Assembly: GCA_003858585.1 (NCBI GenBank) | Contig: RQZE01000010.1 | Span: forward strand, 36,525-68,524 | Source: Erysipelotrichaceae bacterium OH741_COT-311 | GTDB lineage: Bacteria; Bacillota_I; Bacilli_A; Erysipelotrichales; Erysipelotrichaceae | Direction of reading: 5' to 3' | DNA: 32,000 nt | Notes under the pieces: generated by a model | The model's database searches: none | What the model saw: only the letters and a program-made list of their open reading frames with translations | Told to the model about the DNA's origin: nothing | Made by a program: the position numbers and the translations under genes | Shown here: positions 17,427-26,472 of the stretch, piece by piece | Numbering within the stretch: the first letter of the stretch is position 1 | Layout: each line of letters opens with the position of its first letter

Positions 17427-18347
17427 CTAGACCATATGTGTACGTGGATCACTTGCATCCGCTAATGTTTGTCCTACAATATAAAAGGAAACAGAAATAA
17501 AGGCGCTTATACAAACCGGAATCCAAAATAAATAAGATGCAGACTGTAAATATACAGAATACTTTTGAATCATACCACCAAGAGAGGCTTCTTTTTGCGA
17601 TAATCCAACACCAATAAAAGATAAGAACACTTCATAAGAAATGAATAAAGGTACATCACGTGAAATTGCAGTTACAATAACTGAAACTAAATATGGAAGT
17701 ACATTTTGTTTTAAAATACGATGTGTTGGTGTACCAAGACATCTTGATGCTAAATTGTATTCTCTATCACGAATAATCATAACTTGTACACGAATGAAAT
17801 AAGCGGTACCAAGCCATGAAGTAACAGATAAAGCAAAGATGAGCTGTGCCATCCCTTGACCAAATGTATACATCAACACCATAACTAATAAAGTAAAAGG
17901 AATATTTGCAAATACATTATAAATTTGAATCATAATTTGATCCATTTTTTTGGAATAACCCCAGAACATACCTACGATAACTCCCAATACTGTTGTAATT
18001 GCAGTTGCAATTAAAGAAATTATTAAGGAATTTTTTGTACCTGCCCAAACCGCATCAAACAAAGAATTGCCAACATCATCCGTACCAAACCAATAAGTTG
18101 CATTAGGTCGAATATATTTCATAGTGCGATCATTAATATGTGGCATAATTGTTGGATTGTACTTAGAAAATATTGGTTGAATAAATGCAATTAATAATAC
18201 AGAGAAAGCAACGATCAACATAAAGATGGCAAGCTTAGAACTAAAAAACTTACGAAATACACTTTTCCAATAAGAGTATTGAGGAGAAGCGATATGTTCA
18301 GATGCACTTTCTTCAAGTTGCACGAATGTAAACTTGTTATCTGACAT
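17427..18347 (-). CDS. oppC: Oligopeptide ABC transporter permease OppC
   Basis: 306-aa polytopic permease in the position after oppB. TAATG overlap with the oppB stop. Confidence 0.85.
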   Translation of the reverse strand: MSDNKFTFVQLEESASEHIASPQYSYWKSVFRKFFSSKLAIFMLIVAFSVLLIAFIQPIFSKYNPTIMPHINDRTMKYIRPNATYWFGTDDVGNSLFDAVWAGTKNSLIISLIATAITTVLGVIVGMFWGYSKKMDQIMIQIYNVFANIPFTLLVMVLMYTFGQGMAQLIFALSVTSWLGTAYFIRVQVMIIRDREYNLASRCLGTPTHRILKQNVLPYLVSVIVTAISRDVPLFISYEVFLSFIGVGLSQKEASLGGMIQKYSVYLQSASYLFWIPVCISAFISVSFYIVGQTLADASDPRTHMV

Positions 18348-19825
18348 TAACGTGTACCTCCTTTTGTACTTAATTGAATACGTGGATCAATAAAAATCAT
18401 TAATAAATCACCAAATAATAAAGAGAAAATTGACAACGATGTAAAAATAAACGTCAATGTAATAACCATGTTGTTATTATAAGACTTAATTGCATCCGGT
18501 AGCATTTTACCCATACCCGGAATCGCAAATACAGACTCTGTGATAACCGAACCAGAAATCGCTAAGATAATCGAAGCCGGAATACCATTTACAATTGGTA
18601 AAATTGCATTTTTAAGAATGTGACGATTAAAAATTTCACGTTGTGATAACCCTTTTGCTTTAGCAAACTTAACATAATCCGCATTCGATTGGTCTACCAT
18701 ATAACGACGAATCCAAGTCATTAATCCCGCTGTTTGTAATAACGCTAAAATTAAAATTGGTAGAATATACGACTTAATATTTCCATATCCTAATTGAGGG
18801 AACTTATCTGGCAAACCAAAGCCTTGTCCAAGTAATTTCACAAAATAAATAAATGCTAATGAAGGAACCGCAATTAAGAAATTGATATATGCAATCCCAA
18901 CTTTATCTTGCCACTTTCCTTTTTTACGCGCCATGTACATACCTGCCGGCAATGCAATTAAATACGATAAAAGAATCGAAAGTATACCAAACATATATGA
19001 AGTTGAAATCATAGATGGTGAATCATAATTTGACTGACAATTTGCATAATTATTATTAAATTTATTTTTATCTAAATGATCTAATGTAGAACTTGCTTTA
19101 TACTTACAAGTATGCAAATCGACTGCACTTTTACTCACATTTCCGCTTGGAAACTTCACCTGTTTATTTACCGTTTTACCTTGACCTGTAGAAATAACAT
19201 CAATAGTAGGAATCCCTTGACTGGTTGGAAATGAATGGCCAAAATCTAGTCTAAAGATATTTTGATGAATAAATGGAAACTTTCCGTCAACATAGAGTTG
19301 ATACTGATACTCGCATCCTGAACACATGATTGCCGGTAAATTATTGTGGTCTAAACCAATGCTATACCCACGTTTTAAATCCTTGTTATCTTCATCCTTA
19401 ACAAATGTTGGATTATCAATTTTAATCAGCCTTGAATAAAATTTTGAAATCAATTCCAACGCTGTATAATCTCTTGATGCAAACGGAGTACCATCATTTA
19501 AGTATTGAATGGTATATCCCTTATCTTTATAAAGACTAACTACTCGATTATTTTCATCACTACCTGTAATCATACACGAACCAAAATCCTTTGATTCTTC
19601 TTTACACATAGCACTCATTTGTTCAAAATCTAAATACCCTAAATCTTCCCACTTGTTATATGCGTATATTGTTCTTTTATCACCTGATAATTTTTTTATT
19701 GTCGCATCTTGTTCAAAAACTAAAGTCCTTGAAATCATAGTAAAAAGCATAACAATCGCAATGGAAACGACTAAAAGGATAGCTAATATTGATCGAATTA
19801 CACGATTAATGATATATTTTTTCAT
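18347..19825 (-). CDS. oppB: Oligopeptide ABC transporter permease OppB with an enlarged extracytoplasmic loop
   Basis: The C-terminal ~220 aa look like a typical OppB/DppB permease core (KFAKAKGLSQREIFNRHILKNAILPIV). TM1 spans about residues 10-31 and the next TM begins near residue 272. Total length is 492 aa, against the ~310 aa I expect for OppB. Confidence 0.85.
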   Translation of the reverse strand: MKKYIINRVIRSILAILLVVSIAIVMLFTMISRTLVFEQDATIKKLSGDKRTIYAYNKWEDLGYLDFEQMSAMCKEESKDFGSCMITGSDENNRVVSLYKDKGYTIQYLNDGTPFASRDYTALELISKFYSRLIKIDNPTFVKDEDNKDLKRGYSIGLDHNNLPAIMCSGCEYQYQLYVDGKFPFIHQNIFRLDFGHSFPTSQGIPTIDVISTGQGKTVNKQVKFPSGNVSKSAVDLHTCKYKASSTLDHLDKNKFNNNYANCQSNYDSPSMISTSYMFGILSILLSYLIALPAGMYMARKKGKWQDKVGIAYINFLIAVPSLAFIYFVKLLGQGFGLPDKFPQLGYGNIKSYILPILILALLQTAGLMTWIRRYMVDQSNADYVKFAKAKGLSQREIFNRHILKNAILPIVNGIPASIILAISGSVITESVFAIPGMGKMLPDAIKSYNNNMVITLTFIFTSLSIFSLLFGDLLMIFIDPRIQLSTKGGTR

Positions 19826-19854
19826 AATATTATTTGCCTCCTTAAACGCAAAAT

Positions 19855-19890
19855 AGGAGATTGGAAACTCAAGAAGTTTCCAATCCTCCT
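19855..19890 (-). terminator. Intra-operon hairpin between oppA and oppB (attenuator / partial terminator / 3' stabiliser)
   Basis: 15-bp stem with one bulged C (AGGAGATTGGAAACT / AGTTTCCAATC-C-TCCT) and a 5-nt loop. On the minus strand it is followed by ATTTTGCGTTT and then the oppB RBS. Confidence 0.6.
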
Positions 19891-19901
19891 TAATAATTAT
19901 T

Positions 19902-21878
19902 TTATTTAGCTACAGCTTTTTCCCATTCTGCTTTTGCAGCTTCATATTGTTCAGTTGTTACAATATCATCTTGAAGTTTCATGCCTTTATATTTGTGTTC
20001 TGAAACTCCTACAAATGATAATGGACGAGAGAATGGAACAACTTTTGAAACACGTACTGCTCTTGTTTGTTGAGATGTTGGGAATAAAATTGCATGTTCA
20101 ATCAAATATGAATCGGCTTTTGCAAATGCTGCATAACGCGCATCTAAGTCATCTGTAATTGCATCAGCTGCTTCATACAATGCTTGGAATTCATATAATC
20201 CAAGTTGTTCTTTAATTGCTTCATATTCAGGATCATTCTTTTCATTTTTTGCCCATAGACCAAGGTTTGTAATTGTGTCCCCACTAATTGGAGAATGTGT
20301 GTTTACAAACGTCTTAGGATCAGCATAGTCTGGACCCCAACCTGCAAATGTATTAATATCGTAATCCGCTAAAGATGGATCAGATAATGAATAAGCTTTT
20401 GCAATCAGTGTATCTCTTTCAAGTAAATGTACTTCAATTAGAATTTTTCCACCACTATTTTTTTCTACAGATTCTTTTAATGAATAAGCATTTTTTGTTA
20501 AACGGTCACTTGTAGACAATGTAGGTAAATCTAATGTAACTGGGAACTTAATTCCATCAGCTTCTGCTGCAGCAATGTATTTTGCCGCTTCTTCTTGACT
20601 TAACCAAGGGTCTTTTCCATCACCTAAATCCACATTCATGCCTGTATTTTTATTAAATACTTCTGTTACTAATTGACCATAATCTTTACCATCTGATGTT
20701 TTTACGATTTCAGGATAGTTATAAATGTTACGTAATTGGTCAATTGCTAAGAATTCAGGAGCTGAAATAGCTAATTGAGCAACACGGTCAAATGAAGCAC
20801 GGAATGCTTTACGGAAATTTTCATTGCGAATAGCCGCTTGTGTGTTTGCTTTATCTTCATCAGTTTTATGAACTGTAAAATCATATGCCTTACGATTGTA
20901 ATTGAAGTTTACACCAAATGCTGTAGAGTTAGCTAGTGTAACTGTTGTCTTTCCATCATATTTTTGCATATAAGCATCAAAGTCTTCCCAACCAGCATTT
21001 AAACCTGCAGCCGGATAAGTCCCTTGTTCAAAACCTTTAATTGTTGAGTAGCTATCTGAGCCATCATCATAAATCAACTTAATTGTTTCAATAAATACAT
21101 TTTCAGCATCCCAATAAGCTTCATTTTTTTGTAAGCCTTGTTCTGCTTTTGCATCATTCTTTGTTAAAATATATCCACCGTTATATAGGATAGAATCAAA
21201 TTCTAAAGCACCAAATGTACAATCATCACGATTTGGAGCACCTAATTTACATCCAACACCTTTTGATTCTAAGAATTGTTGATTAATTGGAGTAAAAATA
21301 CTATATACAGTCATTGTAAAGAAATATGGAGTTGAATTTTCTAATGTATACACTAATGTATAATCATCTAAAGCTTTAACACCAACTTCATCAAAATTTA
21401 CTTCTCCACCAGCGAATTGCTCTAAATTTTTAACTACACCATATAAAATAGGTGCACTTTCTGATTTAAATTCAACAGCATGTTGTAATGCAGTAACAAA
21501 ATCATGTGCTGTCACTTCAGCATATTCTTCTCCTTGAGAAGTTACCCATTTCACACCTTTTCTGATGTTAAATGTCCACTCTGTTGCATCTTCATTTGAA
21601 CTCCAGCTTTCCGCTAAAGCACCAACAAAGTTACCATGTCTATCATTTTCAAGTAATGTGTCAACTAAATTGGCGTGGATTTCCGAGTCACCGTTTTGAT
21701 TTGTTGTTGTATAATCCAATGTCGTTAAATCATTTGTATAAATATAAACAAATTCCTTAGGACCGTTGTAGGCTCCTTCCGTACCACCATCACCTTGTTT
21801 GCCTGTGTCTTTTGTGTTACAAGCAGCAAGAGATAATGCAGTTAGAAGGCTCATAAATAAGATTAAGAGTTTCTTCAT
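19902..21878 (-). CDS. oppA: Oligopeptide-binding lipoprotein OppA (family 5 solute-binding protein)
   Basis: Signal peptide with lipobox LSLAAC (MKKLLILFMSLLTALSLAAC). 658 aa. First gene of oppABCDF. RBS GGAGGGAAAG. Confidence 0.9.
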   Translation of the reverse strand: MKKLLILFMSLLTALSLAACNTKDTGKQGDGGTEGAYNGPKEFVYIYTNDLTTLDYTTTNQNGDSEIHANLVDTLLENDRHGNFVGALAESWSSNEDATEWTFNIRKGVKWVTSQGEEYAEVTAHDFVTALQHAVEFKSESAPILYGVVKNLEQFAGGEVNFDEVGVKALDDYTLVYTLENSTPYFFTMTVYSIFTPINQQFLESKGVGCKLGAPNRDDCTFGALEFDSILYNGGYILTKNDAKAEQGLQKNEAYWDAENVFIETIKLIYDDGSDSYSTIKGFEQGTYPAAGLNAGWEDFDAYMQKYDGKTTVTLANSTAFGVNFNYNRKAYDFTVHKTDEDKANTQAAIRNENFRKAFRASFDRVAQLAISAPEFLAIDQLRNIYNYPEIVKTSDGKDYGQLVTEVFNKNTGMNVDLGDGKDPWLSQEEAAKYIAAAEADGIKFPVTLDLPTLSTSDRLTKNAYSLKESVEKNSGGKILIEVHLLERDTLIAKAYSLSDPSLADYDINTFAGWGPDYADPKTFVNTHSPISGDTITNLGLWAKNEKNDPEYEAIKEQLGLYEFQALYEAADAITDDLDARYAAFAKADSYLIEHAILFPTSQQTRAVRVSKVVPFSRPLSFVGVSEHKYKGMKLQDDIVTTEQYEAAKAEWEKAVAK

Positions 21879-21892
21879 TTTCTTTCCCTCCG

Positions 21893-21911
21893 ATAAACTA
21901 AATTAGTTTAT
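21893..21911. promoter_or_regulatory. 19-bp perfect palindrome in the oppA leader, candidate operator
   Basis: ATAAACTAA-a-TTAGTTTAT: 9+1+9 perfect. It lies between the predicted -10 (21919-21924) and the oppA RBS. Confidence 0.35.
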
Positions 21912-21918
21912 GGTACTA

Positions 21919-21946
21919 ATTTTAGCACCATTTACAATTTTGTCAA
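21919..21946 (-). promoter_or_regulatory. Strong sigma-A promoter of the opp operon
   Basis: On the minus strand: TTGACA (21946-21941), 16-nt spacer, TGcTAAAAT (extended -10; hexamer 21924-21919). An A/T-tract-rich region lies upstream. Confidence 0.7.
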
Positions 21947-22030
21947 TATTTTTCATTGAAATTTATCATTTTTTTATAATTTCTTTCATTTATTTGAAAA
22001 AACTTTCTTTCTTTACTGTAATAATTTTCA

Positions 22031-22058
22031 TAAATAAAAGAAACTCCTGAGAGTTTCT
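22031..22058 (-). terminator. Rho-independent terminator after the phosphofructokinase gene
   Basis: Stem AGAAACTC (22039-22046) / GAGTTTCT (22051-22058) with a 4-nt loop, followed on the minus strand by TTTATTTA. Confidence 0.65.
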
Positions 22059-22062
22059 CTTC

Positions 22063-23265
22063 TTACATATAATATGGTTTTACGTATGCTGGAATACCAT
22101 TTTCATAGATTACCACAGGTGAACCCATAATCAATGGTCTTAAGTATTTATAAGCTTCTTCTGTAATCCCGCGATAGTTATCTAGCATCCATTCTTTCGG
22201 GAATGATTTTACAAAGTTAGCAACCTTATTTGCATCAATTGCAAAGTATTCTACATCATATTCTTCTTGATCTTTACGTTTTACACCAACCATTTTACCA
22301 GTAAATGTCTTATCTGCACTTCTCATATGAGCAGACATTCCTAATTTAAATGATTCTTCTACATCCACTAAAGATTGTTCAGAAGCATGACATCTTTGTG
22401 CTGTTGATAAATCTTGCACTTTACATCTTTCTGCTGTTTTTGATTCTAAAATCATATTTTTAATCGCATTACCAGCTCCACCTAATACTGCATGACCAAA
22501 GCCATCATTTTTTGCTTCACCAGCTGCCAAGTATGTACCATCTGGATATTTAACACCTTCTGATACTACAACATAACATTTATTTTTAGCATCAATGCAT
22601 TTTTTCACTTCAGCTAAGAACACTTCTTTGTTAAATGGTACTTCCGGTAAAACAACTAAGTCTACAATACCACTTAAGCAAGCACTTGCCGCTAACCAAC
22701 CGGCATCACGACCCATTGTTTCAAGAATAAATACTTCTTGACGAGTATATACGTTTACATCAAGCCATGTTTGCATTGCAGTTGTCGCGATGAATTTTGC
22801 AGCTGATGCAAATCCCGGACAGTGATCTGTATGTTGTAAGTCGTTGTCTACTGTTTTTGGACAACCAACAAAACGTCTATTTGTAATGCCTTTTTCTTTT
22901 GCATATTCACTTAATGCCGCTACTGTATCCATAGAGTCATTACCACCTGTGTAGAATAATGTCTCAACGTTATATTTTTCCATGATTTCAAATAACTTTT
23001 CAAAATCTTTAATATTTTCTCTTTTTAATTTATAACGACAAGAACCTAAAGCACTAGATGGTGTTTGACGAAGAATACGGTTTTCCTCTTCAGACATATG
23101 CGTTAAATCTACAAATCTTTCTTGTAGAATTCCTTCAATCCCATTTAAACCACCATATACAGTTTCATAAATTGGATTCATTTGATTTGCTTTTACCACA
23201 CCTGCAATAGTCGCATTAATTACTGATGATGGTCCTCCAGATTGAGCCACGATACAATTTGCCAT
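22063..23265 (-). CDS. Phosphofructokinase-family enzyme, likely PPi-dependent (Pfp-type)
   Basis: PFK family blocks QSGGPSSVINA, FYTGGNDSMDT, CPKTVDNDL and ETMGRDAGW. Start ATG 23265 (MANCIVAQSGGP...) has AAAGGAGG 6 nt upstream. The Asp after the Mg-site position and the Lys in PKTVDND are the PPi-type determinants. Confidence 0.8.
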   Translation of the reverse strand: MANCIVAQSGGPSSVINATIAGVVKANQMNPIYETVYGGLNGIEGILQERFVDLTHMSEEENRILRQTPSSALGSCRYKLKRENIKDFEKLFEIMEKYNVETLFYTGGNDSMDTVAALSEYAKEKGITNRRFVGCPKTVDNDLQHTDHCPGFASAAKFIATTAMQTWLDVNVYTRQEVFILETMGRDAGWLAASACLSGIVDLVVLPEVPFNKEVFLAEVKKCIDAKNKCYVVVSEGVKYPDGTYLAAGEAKNDGFGHAVLGGAGNAIKNMILESKTAERCKVQDLSTAQRCHASEQSLVDVEESFKLGMSAHMRSADKTFTGKMVGVKRKDQEEYDVEYFAIDANKVANFVKSFPKEWMLDNYRGITEEAYKYLRPLIMGSPVVIYENGIPAYVKPYYM

Positions 23266-23295
23266 TTTTTCCTCCTTTAGCACTTTTGCTCATTC

Positions 23296-23324
23296 ATTAT
23301 ATTAAATTAAGACAATTTTTTCAA
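23296..23324 (-). promoter_or_regulatory. Sigma-A promoter of the phosphofructokinase gene
   Basis: On the minus strand: TTGAAA (23324-23319), 17-nt spacer, TATAAT (23301-23296). The leader would be about 25 nt. Confidence 0.7.
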
Positions 23325-23342
23325 TCTTAATCTCTTTTTATC

Positions 23343-25175
23343 CTACATATTCGACAACTCTTCCCAAAGTAGCATCGCCTTTGCAATTTCATTATTTAAC
23401 TCATCAATTTCTTCATTTAATTGATTCATTTTTTGATAATCATGATAATACTCTTCTTCAAACCGCAACTCTCGCTTTAAAGCAATTGCTTTCTCTAATT
23501 CATCAATTCTAGCTTCGACTTTTCTAATTTGCGTATTAATGCTGGATTGTTTTATTTTCGGTTTATTGGCAATTTTGATTTCTTCCTTTTTCTCCTCTTG
23601 CCTTTCCATATAATTCATATAACCATTTGGATAATAAATCGCTTGCTTACCATCTAATACCAAACAAGACTTTGCAATTTGCTTAATAAAGTAACGATCG
23701 TGAGAAACAAATAGAATCGTTCCATCATAATCCTTTAAAGCTTCTTCCAAAGCTTCTTTTCCAACAATATCTAAGTGATTGGTTGGTTCATCCAATATCA
23801 ATAGATTTGGCTGTTGAAGCATAATCTTTGCAAAATATAGCCGTACCTTTTCCCCACCCGATAATACTTGAACATGTTTAAACACATCATCTGCAGTGAA
23901 TAAAAACTGTCCTAATACGTTACGTACTTGGGTATGTGTTAAATCCGGATAAGCATCCCACAACTCTTCCAAGACGGTCTTATTGGATTGAAACTGAGCT
24001 AATTGCTGATCAAAGTAACCAATTTCAATTTGATGACCAAATAAATAATGACCCGAAATTTTAGGAAGAAGTCCCATTAAAGTTTTTACTAATGTTGATT
24101 TCCCTGTTCCATTATCCCCTAAAATACAAATAGAATCTTGACGATGCACATCTAAAGTAAGTTTACATAACGGTTTATCATAGCCAATCACTAAATCTTC
24201 CATCATTAAAACGTTTTCTCCACCCTTGTGTTTACATCGAAATTGTGCCTTAAAACTTTTTGTATCGCTTTCTTTTAAAAGTTCTACTTTATCCATTTTT
24301 TCTAAGTATTTTATTTTAGACTGTGCAAAGGATGCTTTACTTGCTTTATAACGAAAACGCTCAATCAATTGATTTAAACGTTCTATTTCTTTTTGTTGCC
24401 TATGATACTCTTTCACATTTTTCTCTCGTTCTAATTTTTTTAGTTCTTGATATTTCGTATAATTACCAACATATTTTCGCATTACACCATATTCAATTTC
24501 ATAGACTACTTGAGCAATTTGATCTAGAAACACTCGATCATGTGAAACCAAAACAATTGCTTTGGGATACTTTTTTAAATACCCTTCTAGCCATTCTATC
24601 GTCTTTAAATCTAAATGATTGGTTGGCTCATCCAACAATAAAATATCTGGCTTTGAAAGCAATAACTTCACAAACGCAATTCTTGTTTTTTGTCCTCCGG
24701 AAAATGAAGCAAGTTTTCGTTTCAAATCATCTTCCTCAAAACCAAACTTTGTAAAAACCTGCAACAGTTCATTATGGTAGGTGTAACCACCTAAACACTC
24801 AAACTTATTTTGTAAGATACTGTATTGCTCAAGTAAATCTTCATGATTCTCTTGCATCTTTAACGCAAGCTTATCCAACTGTTCTTTTAACATTAACACT
24901 TCTTCAAATACCCTTAAAAGCTCTTGTTCAACCGTAATAGATTCATCCTCAAACGTACTTTGCGCTAAATAACCAATACGAATATTATTTGTCACATGAA
25001 CTGTCCCAGCAGATAAGGTTTCTTGATTCATCATGATTTTAAGCAAAGTGGATTTACCACAACCATTACGACCAACCACTGCAATTTTCTGTTGTTCTTG
25101 CACTTCAAAAAGAATGTTTTCAAAGACATCCGTTGCACCATAAAATTTTGTTCCATTTTTAATTTGATATAACAT
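23343..25175 (-). CDS. ABC-F family ATPase (soluble tandem-ABC protein, Uup/YdiF-like)
   Basis: Two ABC cassettes (Walker A GRNGCGKST and GDNGTGKST; signatures FSGGQKTRIAF and LSGGEKVRLYF). No TM domain. Charged inter-domain linker (RFRYKASKASFAQSKIKYLEK) and a C-terminal coiled coil. Confidence 0.9.
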   Translation of the reverse strand: MLYQIKNGTKFYGATDVFENILFEVQEQQKIAVVGRNGCGKSTLLKIMMNQETLSAGTVHVTNNIRIGYLAQSTFEDESITVEQELLRVFEEVLMLKEQLDKLALKMQENHEDLLEQYSILQNKFECLGGYTYHNELLQVFTKFGFEEDDLKRKLASFSGGQKTRIAFVKLLLSKPDILLLDEPTNHLDLKTIEWLEGYLKKYPKAIVLVSHDRVFLDQIAQVVYEIEYGVMRKYVGNYTKYQELKKLEREKNVKEYHRQQKEIERLNQLIERFRYKASKASFAQSKIKYLEKMDKVELLKESDTKSFKAQFRCKHKGGENVLMMEDLVIGYDKPLCKLTLDVHRQDSICILGDNGTGKSTLVKTLMGLLPKISGHYLFGHQIEIGYFDQQLAQFQSNKTVLEELWDAYPDLTHTQVRNVLGQFLFTADDVFKHVQVLSGGEKVRLYFAKIMLQQPNLLILDEPTNHLDIVGKEALEEALKDYDGTILFVSHDRYFIKQIAKSCLVLDGKQAIYYPNGYMNYMERQEEKKEEIKIANKPKIKQSSINTQIRKVEARIDELEKAIALKRELRFEEEYYHDYQKMNQLNEEIDELNNEIAKAMLLWEELSNM

Positions 25176-25181
25176 AAATCC

Positions 25182-26471
25182 TCATTCTATTCCTAAATAC
25201 ACTAACAACCCATGCACTGTAGATGCTGCTACATCATCTAAATGATGTTTCCAAACCTCTACATCTTCTGCATTTGACATATATATATACTCTATCGTTA
25301 CTGCCTGCATTCCATATGGACTTTCTGCATTAAATGTACCATTTTCATTTCTAGAACGCTGCGAATATAAACCGGCCCCTAAAATCTTACCACCACTTTC
25401 ACGTATCATCATTCGTCCATCAAAACCTTGATCAACAACAGAAGCCAAGACCCCATATACCTTCCCTTTTCCTCGATTAGCCGTAGCTACTAAGTTTGTT
25501 CGGCTTGTGATACTTTCAAGAATACTACTGGCTAATTTATTTGAAGAAAAACTAGAATGTATGATTTGTGTCCCGCGAACACTTGGATTTGTGGAAGATT
25601 TTAATTGTAATTCAATAAAATATTTACCATGAGCACTATACGCCTTATGCAAACGTCCATCTTTACCATAACTATTTACAAAAGATTGATCATCACGCGT
25701 GATTAAGACCTTTAATCCAGCTTCCTCTAAATACTTTTTCATTAAAATCGCTAATTTATAAGTTTCTTCTGCTTCATTTAAATCGTTAACCGTAATCCCT
25801 TTCTCTAACCAACCATCATCCTTTGTTAAATGCCCCGGATCTAAAACGACATCATAGTACTCATCACTTGCCGTCTCTTCACTCACCTTAATAAACATAT
25901 AATGCTTATCCAAGTAATTTTCTTCCTGTTCTTCTTTAAATAAACTTTGATCAGCAATCAATTCAATTTTACGATTGGTTTGATTACGTGTAACTGTATA
26001 AAAAGTATCATATCGTTTTTCATTAAAATATAAACGATAAGCCTTAAAATTATCATTAACATACACTTCATAGTAGCCTGGCTCTAAGGTCTCTAATGGA
26101 ATTTGACCATCCACCTTTTTTTCAAGAACATAGGCATAATCTAAACCATTACATACATTTACAAGCGTTAAGGTTTTACCATGGAAAAAATCTTTTTGGT
26201 TTAATACAAAAGGTTCATGAAATAAATTTAAAGTTTCTCCATAATATAAGTGTTCACTGACAGGCATGGAATTCAAACTATTTTTGATTTTCTGACGTGT
26301 TTGTTTATTGGTAAATCCACATACCCCATACGTTGTTATGGCATCTTTTTTTTGTGTTTGATGTATTTGATAGGTAACATATAAACCTATCAAAAGTACG
26401 ATGAAAAGGGAAACCCATAGTTTCCACTTTATTTTCTTAGGTTTTGGTATATATGTCACAGAATAATTCAT
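25182..26471 (-). CDS. Membrane-anchored protein with a C-terminal N-acetylmuramoyl-L-alanine amidase (Amidase_3)-like domain
   Basis: N-terminal TM helix (WKLWVSLFIVLLIGLYVTY), an unassigned beta-rich domain of about 160 aa, then VVLDPGH..., LKVLITRDD, FIELQLKSS and TIEYIYMSN, which resemble the Amidase_3 blocks DPGHGG / TRxxD / FiSiHaNa / vElgFisN. Confidence 0.7.
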   Translation of the reverse strand: MNYSVTYIPKPKKIKWKLWVSLFIVLLIGLYVTYQIHQTQKKDAITTYGVCGFTNKQTRQKIKNSLNSMPVSEHLYYGETLNLFHEPFVLNQKDFFHGKTLTLVNVCNGLDYAYVLEKKVDGQIPLETLEPGYYEVYVNDNFKAYRLYFNEKRYDTFYTVTRNQTNRKIELIADQSLFKEEQEENYLDKHYMFIKVSEETASDEYYDVVLDPGHLTKDDGWLEKGITVNDLNEAEETYKLAILMKKYLEEAGLKVLITRDDQSFVNSYGKDGRLHKAYSAHGKYFIELQLKSSTNPSVRGTQIIHSSFSSNKLASSILESITSRTNLVATANRGKGKVYGVLASVVDQGFDGRMMIRESGGKILGAGLYSQRSRNENGTFNAESPYGMQAVTIEYIYMSNAEDVEVWKHHLDDVAASTVHGLLVYLGIE

Positions 26472-26472
26472 A

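Noticed and set aside
21948-21964. CodY-box-like sequence (ATTTTTCATTGAAATTT) just upstream of the opp -35
   Set aside because: It matches only about 10 of 15 positions of AATTTTCWGAAAATT, and the half-site spacing is off by one. That is expected by chance in AT-rich DNA.
24323-24754. 143-aa plus-strand ORF, the largest unexplained ORF in the track
   Set aside because: It lies entirely antisense within the well-conserved ABC-F gene. It has no Shine-Dalgarno sequence, and its Leu/Phe/Ser-rich composition is typical of the antisense frame of an AT-rich gene.
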